Shown: in pieces, positions 1 to 11,756 of the stretch | Layout: every line of letters starts with the position of its first letter | How positions within the stretch are numbered: the first letter of the stretch is position 1 | NCBI GenBank assembly: GCA_020891255.1 | Contig: BQFW01000015.1 | Span: 1,488,001 to 1,552,000, forward strand | Length of the DNA: 64,000 bases | Direction of reading: 5' to 3' | DNA from: Entomortierella parvispora E1425 | Taxonomy: Eukaryota > Fungi > Mortierellomycota | Made by a program: the position numbers and the translations under genes | The notes under the pieces: model-generated | What the model was told of the DNA's origin: nothing | The model's input: the letters and a program-made list of their open reading frames with translations, nothing else | The model's database searches: none

Positions 1-1982
1 GACGACGACGAGCAGTACCCAGTTGGCAGGCCCTTGAGTTATTTCCCGACCCACCATCAGCCTCTGGCGCAGGACTATGACGAGGATCCCCGTCTTCAAA
101 ATCATCAACATTCTCTTCCATACAATTCAGGAATCGCAGCTGAGGAAGCAGGGTCAAGGACGAGCCAGTATCATCAAATGTCGCCCTTACAGCATGCCCA
201 GTCCCCTCTGAGCAGCCGTGGTGACCAGTGGAGCGGTAGCAACAATGCCTACAAGGGATACCAGGCGCCACACAGCTCGAATGATATCCCTATGGTCGGC
301 ATGGATATCATCTCCTCAAACTTGGAGGCGACACGGAACGGACACAGGTCTGACACCAGATCAACGGCGGGAGATTTCGAGGATCATCGAGACAGCGGGG
401 TGCGAGCAACAGATTCTGTCTACAGTGCAGGAGCAGGCGTCGGTTCTGGGGCTGGAGCTCAGGGTACTTACAACCAATACCAAAACCAGCACCAGCAGTT
501 TGACAATAAGCAAGGATATAATGACGATCCCTACTCACAACAATACCAAAATCCTTATCAGCTCCAAGGAGAACAACCTCAGGGAAACGCAGTGCAAATT
601 GAAGACGGTGAACCTGTGCCCAAGGCACTCTTGGATCCAAAAGTGCAGAGACAGCTCAACAAGCGCACGTTGTGGCGACCTTGGTTTATTTGGTTCGTAT
701 CTGCAGTTCAGATTGCAGTCCTGATCTTTGAGTTTGTGAAGGGCTACCAACGGACGCACACTATCATTGAAACTCATCCTTTCAACCCAATGATCGGACC
801 TGGCACTGGTGTAAGTCCTCTCTCCATTGTCGCTTCTCCTTGTTGTCATTTTCAGTTCAATTCACGATGTTCTAATGGAGTTCATCGCGATTTCATCTAG
901 ACAATTATTGCCGTTGGAGCTCGTTTTGTTCCCTGCATGCGAAGCACGTATCTGGATACACTTCCAATTCAATGTCCCGACAATACCACGCAGATCTGCA
1001 ACATTTCAGAAATCTGCGCCTTCACACCTATTGATACCACGGGCAAACCACCCAACCAGTGGTTTAGATTTATTACGCCCATTTTCCTTCATGGAGGCAT
1101 TATCCACTTGGGATTCAACTTGATGTTCCAACTTCGAACCGGCGCGGATTTGGAAAGAGACATGGGCTGGTGGCGCATCAGCATCATCTACATGACCTCA
1201 GGCATTGCTGGATTTATCTTTGGAGGAAACTTTGCACCTCTATTGTCTCGTATGTATTATCTTTGTCTCTTCTACGGCACCCTTGTCGACAAAGAATTTT
1301 GAAGCTAATATCGCTTAATATTTGTAATTCTAGCATCTATGGGTGCCTCTGGAGCGATTTTTGGACTCATCGGATGCTTGCTGCTCGACTTGATTCAAAA
1401 CTGGAAGCTGGTCGTGCGACCGTGCTGGGAATTGAGCAAGGTTAGGGCCACACAGCGGATTGAATTATTTGGTCTCATGCCTTAGTGAGATATCCAAACA
1501 GTATGTTCTGACCATCTGTTTCTACGATCTTGTATACAACAGCTTTTACTTATGATCATTGTGTCATTCGCCTTTGGTCTCCTTCCTTTCCTCGACAACT
1601 TCGCTCATATTGGCGGATTCATTGGTGGTATTTTGACTGGTTTGGTCTTCATGCCTGTCGTGTACTTCTCCAAACGTGACAAGTACATCAAGTGGGGACT
1701 TCGCGTCGTTGCCCTGCCTCTCGTTGTCGTCCTTATTGTTGTTGGACTCACCAACTTTTATAAAGGCGTCAACAACTGCAGTTGGTGTAAATACCTCAGG
1801 TAAGATCTCGGAAATGAGCTCTCTCCAAGTGCACAGTCTCTCCTATCCGCATTTCTTCTGCTGATACCTGCTCCTTCTCTTTTTGTGATGTTTGTTATGT
1901 TAGCTGCTTGCCCATCAATGGCTGGTGCGACGCGTTCAACCCACCAGCAGGTGCACCAACCACTGGAACTGGTGCTGCTTAA
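1..1982 (+). CDS. Rhomboid-family intramembrane serine protease (5'-partial, multi-exon)
   Basis: Frame is open from base 1 and has a long Q/P/S-rich N-terminus. Spliced exons give WFRFITPIFLHGGIIHLGFN, the catalytic GASG (~1342-1353), DNFAHIGG (catalytic His) and a Cys-rich C-terminus CSWCKYLSCLPINGWC. GT-AG introns start at ~810, ~1250, ~1441 and ~1800; TAA at 1980-1982. Confidence 0.93.
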
Positions 1983-2174
1983 CAGGGTCAAGAAATTTAC
2001 TCATGTCATCTATCCAATAAAGTCATATATCGTGTATACAAATAGACTACAACATTGCACAAAAAATATCGAAAAACTTTGGGAAACGATCCTCTTTCAA
2101 GAAAAAGGGATACTCCTTTCATTTCTTTCTTTTTTTAATTAGAAAAACTCCGGGTCGGTGGGGGATTTCATAAT

Positions 2175-3458
2175 TTAAAGAGAGTTCTTGACAGCAGAGG
2201 CGCGCTTGGCCATCTTCATGTTGGACTTGAAGCCCATCAATCCACCACCCCAAGCCTTGCGAGCAGTCTCGTTCTTCTCGGTGTAGTTGGACTTGATGGC
2301 AGAGATCAAGGAAGCGAGCTCGGCCTTGTCCTCAGCCTTGGTCTCGGTGAAAGCCAAAGCGGTGGCGGTCTTCTTGTGGACGACAGTTCCGAGACGGGCC
2401 TTGCCCTTGACAATGCAGTATGGGATACCCATCTTGCGGCAGAGAGCGGGCAACCAGACGACGACCTCAATGGGGTCAACATCGTCAGCAATGACGACGA
2501 GGGAAGCCTTCTTGGCCTCAACCAAAGCGGTGATGTGGTTGATACCGTACTTGACGACGAAAGGCTTCTTGGACTCGGCCTTCTCACCCTTCTCGACCTG
2601 AGCGGCGGCAGCAGCGGTCAAACGCTCCTTCTTCTCGACGCGGGTCTCGGGGCGGTACTTGTTGACGAGCTTGAACAACTGGGTGGCAGTGTTCTTGTCC
2701 AAGACCTGGGTGAACTGGTTCAAAGCTGGGGGAACCTTGAGACGTTGGTTCAAGATCTTGCGCTGGCGCTGGAGGCGAACATATTCGGGCCACTTGACAT
2801 AGCGGGAAAGATCCTTGATGGGCTGGACATCCTGACCAACACCAAAGTTCTTGGGGGTCTTCTCGATCAAGGGGTTGACAGGGGCCTTGGCGGCGCCCTT
2901 CTTGGCAACGGGGTAAGGAGCGGGAGCAACCTTCTTGGCGGAGGACTTCTTAGCGGGGGCCTGGTTGAATTATGAGAAAGAGTCAAAGAACGTATGAGTA
3001 TTACTGTGGTGGTTTTTTGAATGCTGGTTCGCCTCTCTAGATCAAAAAATAATATGCAGGTTGAGGTCGAGTGTTGGGCGAGGCTTTTTTTTTTGTTTTC
3101 TCTTTTCGACTAGGTCTGAAATTGGCGGCGTAAATGAAAATGATGTCGAATCGGATCAAAGATGGGCGATCCTATAGCCATGATGATAATGATGCCAGGG
3201 ATGTGATGATGTTGTCCATGATCCTGAACATGTCGACAATTGACATTCTGGGCATTCATTCCTCATGGATGGCCGAGTTTTGCCCAAAATGCTGAATCCA
3301 TACTAGACATCTCTCAAAAACAATCCATGTCCCCTGTATAAAACAATCAGTGTCGTTGTATGGTCGCCGCTGTGGACAACTGTCGTGTGTGCTCTCTTGC
3401 TCCTTGTGTCGCCCTCGTCCGTGGTCTGAACCAACAACAGCAATGTTGCCATTACCAT
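2175..3458 (-). CDS. RPL8: 60S ribosomal protein L8/L7a (eL8)
   Basis: Exon 1 is the ATG alone (3458-3456) followed by GTAATG. Intron 3455-2961; exon 2 2960-2175 encodes [10 protein letters not shown]...[12 protein letters not shown]...[10 protein letters not shown]...YGINHIT...[22 protein letters not shown], typical of eL8, with strong codon bias. Confidence 0.97.
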
Positions 3459-3630
3459 TTCGACAAGTTAAGAAAAAAGGAAGATCTAGCCATTGGCCCG
3501 CCAAAAAATTTACTATGTATTTTCCCCAAGCCACCCTCCGCTGGACTTGTCACGTGAACTATTGCAGAGGCCATGGAGGCTGCAGTGCCTGCATCTCCAT
3601 GTGTCTCCTTCCGTCCCTCTCATCTGCTCA
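3459..3630. promoter_or_regulatory. Compact divergent promoter between RPL8 and RCE1 with palindromic TCACGTGA E-box (3550-3557)
   Basis: The two start codons face away from each other 172 bp apart, with GTCACGTGA near the middle. Confidence 0.55.
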
Positions 3631-4893
3631 ATGCTGCCCTTTGCCCCGGTCATCTCGCCATGGCTGGCTGCAGTTTCATGTGTCCTCATCACGGTGCTGC
3701 TTATTGGCTCATTCTTCCTCTTCCCGTTACCTAAAGTTGCTTCTGAGGATTCAAAGCAACCGCGACTTGATAGGGACCATCCTCTGGTGATATACCGGCG
3801 ATTCAAAGGCATCTTGTTAACGTCGATTTTGGTGCCCCTATACCTCTGGTGCCTCTTGAATTGGTCGGGTGCCCTCCCAAACACCTTGGTAATGAATATC
3901 TGGGTTGTAATGAAACAGGGCATGATCTGTTTCTCAAAAGCTGACAGAGGGTGTCTTCTTTATTTTTCAGACGTTTCCTACGCGTCTGGGACTATTCTTG
4001 AAACTCGTTGGTCTTTCAGTGCCTATGAACGCGATCCAACTGCTCGGCCACCTTGTGGTTCCGTTGTCGTTGGTCGGGATCCTGTTTATGGGGCCTTTGT
4101 TGATGATGTTCATTGACCAATCCCTGCCATTCCAGTCAAGGTTCTCTTGGTCAGCTCAATGGAGCTCGCTCACAGAGCTGGTTGGGGTGCGCAATTTCAT
4201 TGTGGTAAGACGGGTATCTATGAAGATACAGCATCATCGTGTGCTGATATAAAGTCATGAGCAGGCGATTCCAATTCAGTACTGGAACTCCATCGTTTTT
4301 TTTTTTTTTTTTTTTTTTTTTTGAATAGGGGCCTGTCGCCGAAGAGTTCATCTTTCGAGGTTGCCTTGTCGCGTTGGTGTCCCAATCTGGAGCAACCTTG
4401 CGGTCAATGGTGTTTGGGCTGCCTTTTGTTTTTGGCATCGGTACACTCATTTGTTTGTTCCTGAAAAGTCGATCAACAGTTGAAGCGCGTTTTTTTTAAT
4501 CTTTCACATTTTTTATTTTAAACCCCTTGTACAGCCCACCTCCATCATGGATATGAATCGTTTATCAAGAAGGGCCGAACTCGCCAAGCCTTCATTCAGT
4601 CGACAGTCGTTGCTTTGGCTCAATTGACCTATACGACCCTATTTGGATGGTTTGTCACCTTCCTGTTCCTACGAACATCAAGTTTGCTGGGACCCTGCCT
4701 GTGCCATAGCTTTTGCAACATGATGGGGTTTCCGGATGTGGGCTCGATTCAGTACTATGGGCCATGGAAGAAGTGGCTGTATCTGTGTTTGGGCTTGGGT
4801 ATGGCTCTCTTTGGGGTCTTGCTTGGACCGTTGACGGACCCAGGCATCTATGGCGATCAATACAGCTCCGTGTACTGGCCGTTGGTTCGGTGA
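3631..4893 (+). CDS. RCE1: CAAX prenyl protease 2 (Rce1, Abi/CPBP family), multi-exon
   Basis: ATG at 3631. RDHPLVIYRRF motif; spliced GPVAEEFIFRGC (EExxxR), FGI-AHLHH and GPCLCHSFCNMMGFP are conserved Rce1 motifs. TGA at 4891-4893. Confidence 0.93.
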
Positions 4894-5477
4894 CACATGG
4901 AGGACAGGAGTAAAGAGACGCTTCCTGCACGGACAACAATTAAAGCAAGTCAAACAGTCGATCATTCCTCGGAGCCAAGCATGGGCTGTGGCGGTGTTAG
5001 GGTCTTGAACAAGTACTGCGAAGAGTCTTTTTCCCCGCGATCGCGCGTGGCTGAGTGGGGCTGTGTCTTGGCTCTGGATATACAAACATCCAGGGACCGA
5101 CAAACGATGGATACGTGCACTAACGGATAGATTCTAGGTCGATGGGCTGCAGCACCCCTGGGTAGAAGGGCCAACTGGCGGCAAAGAGGCGGTGGTCCCG
5201 CTTTTTGCCAGGTCAAGGAACTTTGCGGGCGACATGATTCTGTGATGGACGCATGCGTCTAAAATAAGAATCGTGGGGGGCACAAGGGTCTTCTTTATAT
5301 ATATGGCAGCTTCTTCACTTCCTCCTCCTCCTTCCTTCTCCCTTCCTCCCTTACTTCCTTCTTCCCACGTCTCCCCTCGTTCGCCTCCCTTTGTCCTGAT
5401 CTTGCCTTCTCTGTCCCCTCCCTCCCGCTCATGCAACAGCATTCCATTCCTCATTGCGCCTGCTCTTTCCTTCCTCG

Positions 5478-8327
5478 ATGCATTCACTTCCCCAAAAGCA
5501 AACCTTGTCTCACGCGTCGTCAGCAAAGATCGCCCATAGGAAACGTCAACCCGCCTCTAGTCGTCCACCCTTCTCCTCCATTTCCTCTCCCTCATCTTCG
5601 TCTCATCCTTCCTTCTCCACAGAACCCGACAATATCCGTTGTACCTGCTGCCCACAATGCAAAAGGTCACGGCATCAGCAGGCTTTAGTCCGCCGATCAG
5701 GCCAAAAACTTCTACACCCAATACGTGCCCTCTCGCTATTCTCCCTCTTCCTCCTCATGGCTCAACATGTCCACAGTGAACCCCCTCTGTTTACTCCCCG
5801 TTACAACGCCGGCGCGATCGTTGCTGGGAATATGCTCTATGTGGTGGCCGGCACTCTCTCGGTTTCTCCTTCCCTATCCTCTGACGACACATCGACCTCC
5901 GACGATACCCTCGCCATCCCTCTCAATGCGCCCTTCACAATGAAAACCGTACCCTGGAAGAAGCTATCAAGCGGGTACATGGTGCCAGAAGCCAATGCAT
6001 TGGCTGCAACCTTGGATCAAAAGCACTTGGTGCTAGCCGGTGTGAGCAATCAGGTCGGCCAATTGGTGGTTGTATACGAGATCGACACGGATTCATGGTC
6101 GTACCTACCTCCGACTGCGGTTTCCAAAGCCTTTCCAGCAACAGACAGATCAGCTGTTGGACTTGCACTAGATGCTAGCACGGGTCAAATGGTTCTCCTC
6201 GGAGGACTCGAGTTTTCTCCGTCATCCAACTCCACAGCAGCACCGAGCGCCGCTGCGCCTGCGCTAGGCGTCTTTTCGGTCTCTACGGAATTGGATATTT
6301 TGGACACACGATCAGATTGGAGCACCTGGACGTGGTCCGCAGTTATTAACAACCCTACAGTCCCAACCTCACCAACGTTTTCAGCGAGCATGCCCTTGAG
6401 TTTGGTTCAGCCAATCCTGGTGTATCTTCCGACCGTCAAGGCAACGTTGATCATGGGCGGGTGTAACGGGATCAATCCCTCTGGTGGAAATGTCACTTTC
6501 TGTCGGGAATTCGACCATGGATATCTGATCAACTCTATGGTGACTGCAGGAACGACGTCGCCCGCAATGGTCCCGATCAGTCCAGTGACCTTGACAGGCG
6601 CTCCTTTGACTCCCCAGACAAGGATATCTCCCTGTGTAGTGTTGTTGCCTTCTGGCAAGATCTTCATGTATGGTGGCGCCTCCATGACCGGAAGTCTCAG
6701 TGATGCCTGGTTGCTGGATCCCCAAACCTGGATCTGGACGACAGTTCAGGTCACAAACATGCCGATCCCAGGTCGAGCTGGAGCCGCCTGTCAGATGGGT
6801 GCAAAAGACCAGCTGATCCTAATTGGAGGTATTGACTCTGGTTCATGGGCATTCCGTTTGATTATTTTTTTCAACCGTAAAACCATGCAAAGAGGACTTA
6901 CCGTCTTTTACTATGTTTTAATGCATTGTCTAGGATTCGACGGTGGTTTAACAGGACCAAGGCAGTTTTCGGATCCTCAACTTGCAGTGATTAATACTAC
7001 ATCATGGACATGGACTCAAATCTTTACACCAGATAGCATGGTTTCCACCAATACCTCTGGACAATTGTCGTCTGGAGTCATAGACGGCATTGTGGCCGGA
7101 TGTCTCTTTTTATTCGCCGTGGCGCTCTTCTTTCTTGTACGATGGTATCTGGCCAGGAGATATAGGCGAGAGGCGCCTCCATTCAAGGACAGTAAAGCAG
7201 CAAAGTCTCAAGGGAGCAAATTTTATCAGTTTTCTTGGTGGGCACCACTCCCACAGATAAACGATACCAAAGGATCGCCTTCTGAAGAACACAGGATGCT
7301 GACCATGGAGAACATTGGACATGGAACAAGAGCCAGCTCTTCTACCGATGTATCATTTCCTCCGCCTCCGCCTGTCATAGCGTCGCGGCCGGCAATCATG
7401 TCAAGTCCACATGGAACACCACCGTACCCTATACCCCCAAAGTCAAAGGACAAGAGTCCCTTCTTAATTATACCTTACGCGCCACCGGATTCTCCAGCAG
7501 CGACTTTTTCGACATTGGCTACTCTGACAACGACGGATTCGACCCTCCAATCTGGATATCACGGTACTATCAGCACCAATGCCAGCGGCAGTGCTGGCTC
7601 CAGCTCAGGCAGAGGGGCAGGAAGTACTCTATTTTCACATGCTCAGCATCAACAGCGCATTCCTCATCCTAGTCAGGCTTTGGGTACAGGGCAGCTAGGC
7701 GGAAGCTCTACTTCTTTCTCCTCCTCCTCCTCTTCTTCTTCTTCAGTCGCTCAGTTCTCAAAGGGAGATCGACTACCACAGGACCTGGCGGATATTCAAC
7801 TGGGATTTTACAACAGAACGCTTCAACATAACAAACATTACGATATGCGTCGACAGAATGAGATTAGGGAACATCCAGAATTGGATCGATCTGGAACCGT
7901 GTATTCACTCTTGCGAAGGGTTGAGGCAGAAGACGCAGATGCCGATAATAATAGAAAGGGGAAACACTTACAACGGCAGAGGGAACAACAGCCATCACGG
8001 CAACGGGTCAATTTGTACAATACTAGAGCCGACCTCAATAATCCAGACTCGACGGCGACTTTGCAAGGCACCCAAGAACCCTCTACATCCACTATGGCCG
8101 CCACCGCTACTGCGACGGCTGCAACAGATCCGCTGAGTTCCTCCATCAGCACCCGATCGTTGACATTTCCCTCTAACACTTTGAAGGAGATTGAGGTGGG
8201 TGAGGAGCCAATCCAGGGCGAGTGGAATGGGGTTGAGGATGGCACCCTTTTGATGTCCTCCCACCTGGAAACCACTTCTTTGACAGTGGCGTCGCCTCCA
8301 GCACCGCCTGCGGACGGATCTCCTTGA
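5478..8327 (+). CDS. Kelch/galactose-oxidase-like beta-propeller protein with one TM helix and a long Ser/Pro-rich cytoplasmic tail
   Basis: 957-codon ORF with Kelch-type repeats (LYVVAG, MVLLGG, TLIMGG, IFMYGG..DAWLLD..W.W, LILIGG). Signal-like h-region ALSLFSLFLLMA, TM VIDGIVAGCLFLFAVALFFLV followed by RWYLARRYRR. Probable intron 6829-6933. First ATG is 5478 (ORF track starts at TTG); start uncertain. Confidence 0.8.
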   Translation: MHSLPQKQTLSHASSAKIAHRKRQPASSRPPFSSISSPSSSSHPSFSTEPDNIRCTCCPQCKRSRHQQALVRRSGQKLLHPIRALSLFSLFLLMAQHVHSEPPLFTPRYNAGAIVAGNMLYVVAGTLSVSPSLSSDDTSTSDDTLAIPLNAPFTMKTVPWKKLSSGYMVPEANALAATLDQKHLVLAGVSNQVGQLVVVYEIDTDSWSYLPPTAVSKAFPATDRSAVGLALDASTGQMVLLGGLEFSPSSNSTAAPSAAAPALGVFSVSTELDILDTRSDWSTWTWSAVINNPTVPTSPTFSASMPLSLVQPILVYLPTVKATLIMGGCNGINPSGGNVTFCREFDHGYLINSMVTAGTTSPAMVPISPVTLTGAPLTPQTRISPCVVLLPSGKIFMYGGASMTGSLSDAWLLDPQTWIWTTVQVTNMPIPGRAGAACQMGAKDQLILIGGIDSGSWAFRLIIFFNRKTMQRGLTVFYYVLMHCLGFDGGLTGPRQFSDPQLAVINTTSWTWTQIFTPDSMVSTNTSGQLSSGVIDGIVAGCLFLFAVALFFLVRWYLARRYRREAPPFKDSKAAKSQGSKFYQFSWWAPLPQINDTKGSPSEEHRMLTMENIGHGTRASSSTDVSFPPPPPVIASRPAIMSSPHGTPPYPIPPKSKDKSPFLIIPYAPPDSPAATFSTLATLTTTDSTLQSGYHGTISTNASGSAGSSSGRGAGSTLFSHAQHQQRIPHPSQALGTGQLGGSSTSFSSSSSSSSSVAQFSKGDRLPQDLADIQLGFYNRTLQHNKHYDMRRQNEIREHPELDRSGTVYSLLRRVEAEDADADNNRKGKHLQRQREQQPSRQRVNLYNTRADLNNPDSTATLQGTQEPSTSTMAATATATAATDPLSSSISTRSLTFPSNTLKEIEVGEEPIQGEWNGVEDGTLLMSSHLETTSLTVASPPAPPADGSP

Positions 8328-9363
8328 AAAAAAAAATACCAGTGAAAATAAACTATTTTACCAAACACAGGGGGGAATAGAGCACGGTAGTCGCATGTGT
8401 TTTTATTCCCTTGTTCATAGGGTGACAAGTGGATGCAATAGAGATCTCGATGTATAATACCTCTTTGCTCGTGCCTCTCTGCCCTTCTCTTCTCTCTCTG
8501 GGCTCATATTAAGTAAGACTTGCGTTGAGGTCCCGCGTCTTTTGATTAGATTTCGTCCCTGCTTGCCGTGGGGGTGAACTTTGGCCACAAGGGCACACTT
8601 ACAAAGAGTGAAGTTTGTACCTTTGTGGGAGTGAGGAGAAATAAAAAAGAGGGATTGTGAGCCCAGGTATTACATGTAGAGGGCGACAGTGCTTTTTTAG
8701 CGTGTAAAAAAAGGCACGAAACCATTCGGTTTAGCAAAGCAAAGTTTGCGATTCAGTAGGCAAATAGCCAGATAGCCCACAAGCTCACGTTCTGGCCACT
8801 GGAGAAAGGGTCTTGCTGGGCGACTAGCCCAGACTAAAAAAGAGGTCCAACTTTTTAGAGCGATCCACTCGGACAATTGCGACATGGCAACATTCCTTGA
8901 AGCAACAACCAGAAGAACGGAAGCACACAAGAGAAAGAAAAGGAGAAGGGGAGGAAGCAAAAAGGACGGGATCAAGGATGGACGAGAATGAGCACTCAAC
9001 GTGAAGGTTGGAGACAGACCCCACGACGAGCGAGCCAACAGCCGGCCTCACTACATGTACAGTACTTATGGTCGCAATTTGCCAGCCATTAATTTTGTGC
9101 CCAGGGAAAGAAGGGAAAGGAATGCAATAATAACGAGGGCACCAACGGCCAGAGAGACCAGCTATTTTTACCCTGGGCGGCAACTCTCTTTGCTGTTCAG
9201 GGACAGAGCAACGGACCACCCAGCACAGACAAGACAGAGAGACAGGCACAGACACCAGCAACCACACCGCCAGGGAGGTTGTGTCTCTGGGGGGAGGAGG
9301 GAGGGGGGGAACAAGGAGGGAGGTCAGGCACCATTACAACACGCGAGAGAGGAGTATGTACGT

Positions 9364-9383
9364 TGTGTGTGTGTGTGTGTGTG
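9364..9383. repeat. (TG)n microsatellite
   Basis: About 10 TG units seen directly. Confidence 0.9.
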
Positions 9384-9862
9384 AAGTGAGTGTGTGAAGT
9401 GTGTTTGTGATGTTGTTTCTTGTTTGTGCCTGGACAGTGGACAGTGGACACATCTGCATCCCTCCTTCTCTCTTCCTTCCTTCCTTCCTTCCTTCTCTCC
9501 TCATTGCCTGCATTCGGTCCATCTCGCCATCCCATTCTCCACGATAGCTGCTCGTCATCCATCCGCTCTCATCCTTTCTCTCTGTCTCTCTCCTTCTCCC
9601 CTCTCTCCCTCTCCTCATTCATCCCATTCCTCTCCGCATTTAGTTTCGGGTGAGGGCATACCGCCTCACGTTCTCAGTCTCACCTTTTCCATTTTTCATT
9701 TATTTTCCCTCCCTTTTTTTTTGTCTTTTTCTTTCTTCCTCGTTTTTTTTCCCCCCTCCGTTGTGCAGCTTTTGTGTCGATGGTATCGGTGGACGTCCTG
9801 TAAAAAAGCCAACACGTCCACGCTAATACATACCCCTCCCAACTCTTTGATTCGACCCTTCA

Positions 9863-10792
9863 ATGTTCTCCAAGAGCAATAAGCGCATCTCTCTCAATCC
9901 GCTGGATAGCCGGCAGTATGAAGAGGACAACACCCCCATCATAACGGACTATCCATCTCCAACTGTCCCGACCACGCCTCGGTCAACCCATGGTCATGGT
10001 TATCCTCCTCAACAGCAGCAGCAAAAACAGAGAACCATGCGCTCTGCACCTATTCATTTGCCTTCCGGTCAATACAACCAAGGCGGTGGTGGTGGCGGTG
10101 GAGGAGGAGGAGGAGGAGGACAGGGACGCCTCCCAAGGCACCACCAATCTCAGCATCACGCTCAATCGCCGAGACGTGCACAGGGGCAGCCGAGACAGGG
10201 CCATGGTCCAACCCCGGGGCAGGCCCGGAGACATAATACGTACCATAACGGATCTAGCCACTCTCAACAGCAAACATACCAGCAACGCCAACCTCCACCC
10301 CATCCCCAAATGTATTCTTCACAAAGTCAACCCGAACTGTACAGTAATCATAATAACGGCGGAGGATACCAGTCGACGGCCCCGATGCAAATGTACTCTC
10401 CAACGTCGCCTTCGTTCCAACAATCAAAGCAGCAGCAACATTATCAATACCCGCCTTCACCCAGTTCTCCCTTGCCACCCTATGTGGAACGCGCTGCCGC
10501 CCTTCCTCACTCACCTTCACCCATCACCCCTCCCCCACCCAGTTACACGACTACACGCACCAAACAGCACTCGCAAGTATCGGAGGACCCCGAGGTGGCC
10601 TTGTATGAAAACAGTGGTTATTACACAAACAGGAACCGGAAACAACAAGAGATCCAGAGGCGTCATGAAGCACGAAGGCTCCAGATGCAACAGGAGGAAG
10701 AGAAATCGGAATGTTGCTCCTGCGCCAAAGAAGTGGGCGAATTTTGTCCCTGTCTGTGCTTTTGCTGCCTCTTTGGCGCGGTGGCAGTATGA
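9863..10792 (+). CDS. Q/P/G-rich low-complexity protein with a Cys-rich C-terminal membrane anchor (CYSTM-like)
   Basis: 309-aa single-exon ORF: Q/P/H/G-rich body, then EEEKSECCSCAKEVGEFCPCLCFCCLFGAVAV-stop, the CYSTM-type architecture. Confidence 0.72.
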   Translation: MFSKSNKRISLNPLDSRQYEEDNTPIITDYPSPTVPTTPRSTHGHGYPPQQQQQKQRTMRSAPIHLPSGQYNQGGGGGGGGGGGGGQGRLPRHHQSQHHAQSPRRAQGQPRQGHGPTPGQARRHNTYHNGSSHSQQQTYQQRQPPPHPQMYSSQSQPELYSNHNNGGGYQSTAPMQMYSPTSPSFQQSKQQQHYQYPPSPSSPLPPYVERAAALPHSPSPITPPPPSYTTTRTKQHSQVSEDPEVALYENSGYYTNRNRKQQEIQRRHEARRLQMQQEEEKSECCSCAKEVGEFCPCLCFCCLFGAVAV

Positions 10793-11756
10793 TCACACCC
10801 TTCCTCTTGTTGTTATTATTTTTTTCTCCTCGCGTTTTGTTATTCTTTCTCTCCTTGATGATACCTTTTTTTTTCTATTTACAAAAAAAACCCCTCCCCT
10901 CCTCCTCCTCCTTCCACCTTTCCCTTAAAAAAAGACAAATTGTTAATAAAAAAACGGATGATCCAGGGCCGGTTCCTGGATGGCGTATTTTATCATTTTT
11001 ATGAGCAGCTGGTGTGATTGTCGGGTGTGAGACACATGTGGGGCAGAGAGACGTTTGCCAGGATCCAACATGGTCGTTTGCGCTCCTTGACAGCAAGGGA
11101 ACGAACAAACACCTTTCAGCAAAACATATTGGTTCTGGTAGGTTGCCTTCCCTTCTTCAAAAACAACAATGAGGAATCAAATTGCAAACAAATCCGATTT
11201 TCTTACAAAAGAATTTTTATTTTTTTTTCTTTCTGGGATTTTTTTTTTTTTTTCACTTGATTCTTCTCAGAATAGTGGAGGAGAGAACACGATTTTGATT
11301 ATATACAAGGTGTAAGGAAGAAATGAAAAGATTGAACCGGCTTTGACAGGGTCCAACCCCCTCAACTTCCGAACGAAGAGGGAGCACACTTGAGAGATAC
11401 ATGGAGGGAACAGTAGCGAAGAAGCTTGAGCGAAAAAAAAAAGAAGTACAAATACAGGTGAGGTGTGGTTTGAATCTGCCTTTGAAAGAATTGGTTTTTG
11501 GAAACTTGAGAACAAAAGTTGGTTGAGGTTTTTTTTTTTTGGGATAAGGGGGGAGAAAAGGTAACGAATTTGAAAATATGAATGACGGACGAGAGGCGAA
11601 CACTCTCCTCCTTCCTGCCTTTTAAGTGGTCAAAGAAACAGCTTCATCCTTTTTTGGTTGAAAAGGACTCCAATGCTCCTGAGAGAAAAAGACGGAAAGA
11701 AAAACAGGGAACGTCTCACGGCGTCAGAGTTGCAATTGACAAAAAACGAAACGACT

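Noticed and set aside
2376-2975. 199-aa plus-strand ORF
   Set aside because: Antisense shadow of the strongly codon-biased RPL8 exon.
2961-3455. Possible snoRNA in the 495-nt RPL8 intron (TGATGA...CTGA around 3180-3228)
   Set aside because: The box C/D-like words are on the strand opposite the host transcript; no convincing C/D pair or H/ACA structure on the sense strand.
4296-4322. Long homopolymer tracts (also ~14867-14896, ~18558-18581, ~51663-51689)
   Set aside because: Ordinary intronic or intergenic poly-A/T runs common throughout the window; no target-site duplications or retro-element context.
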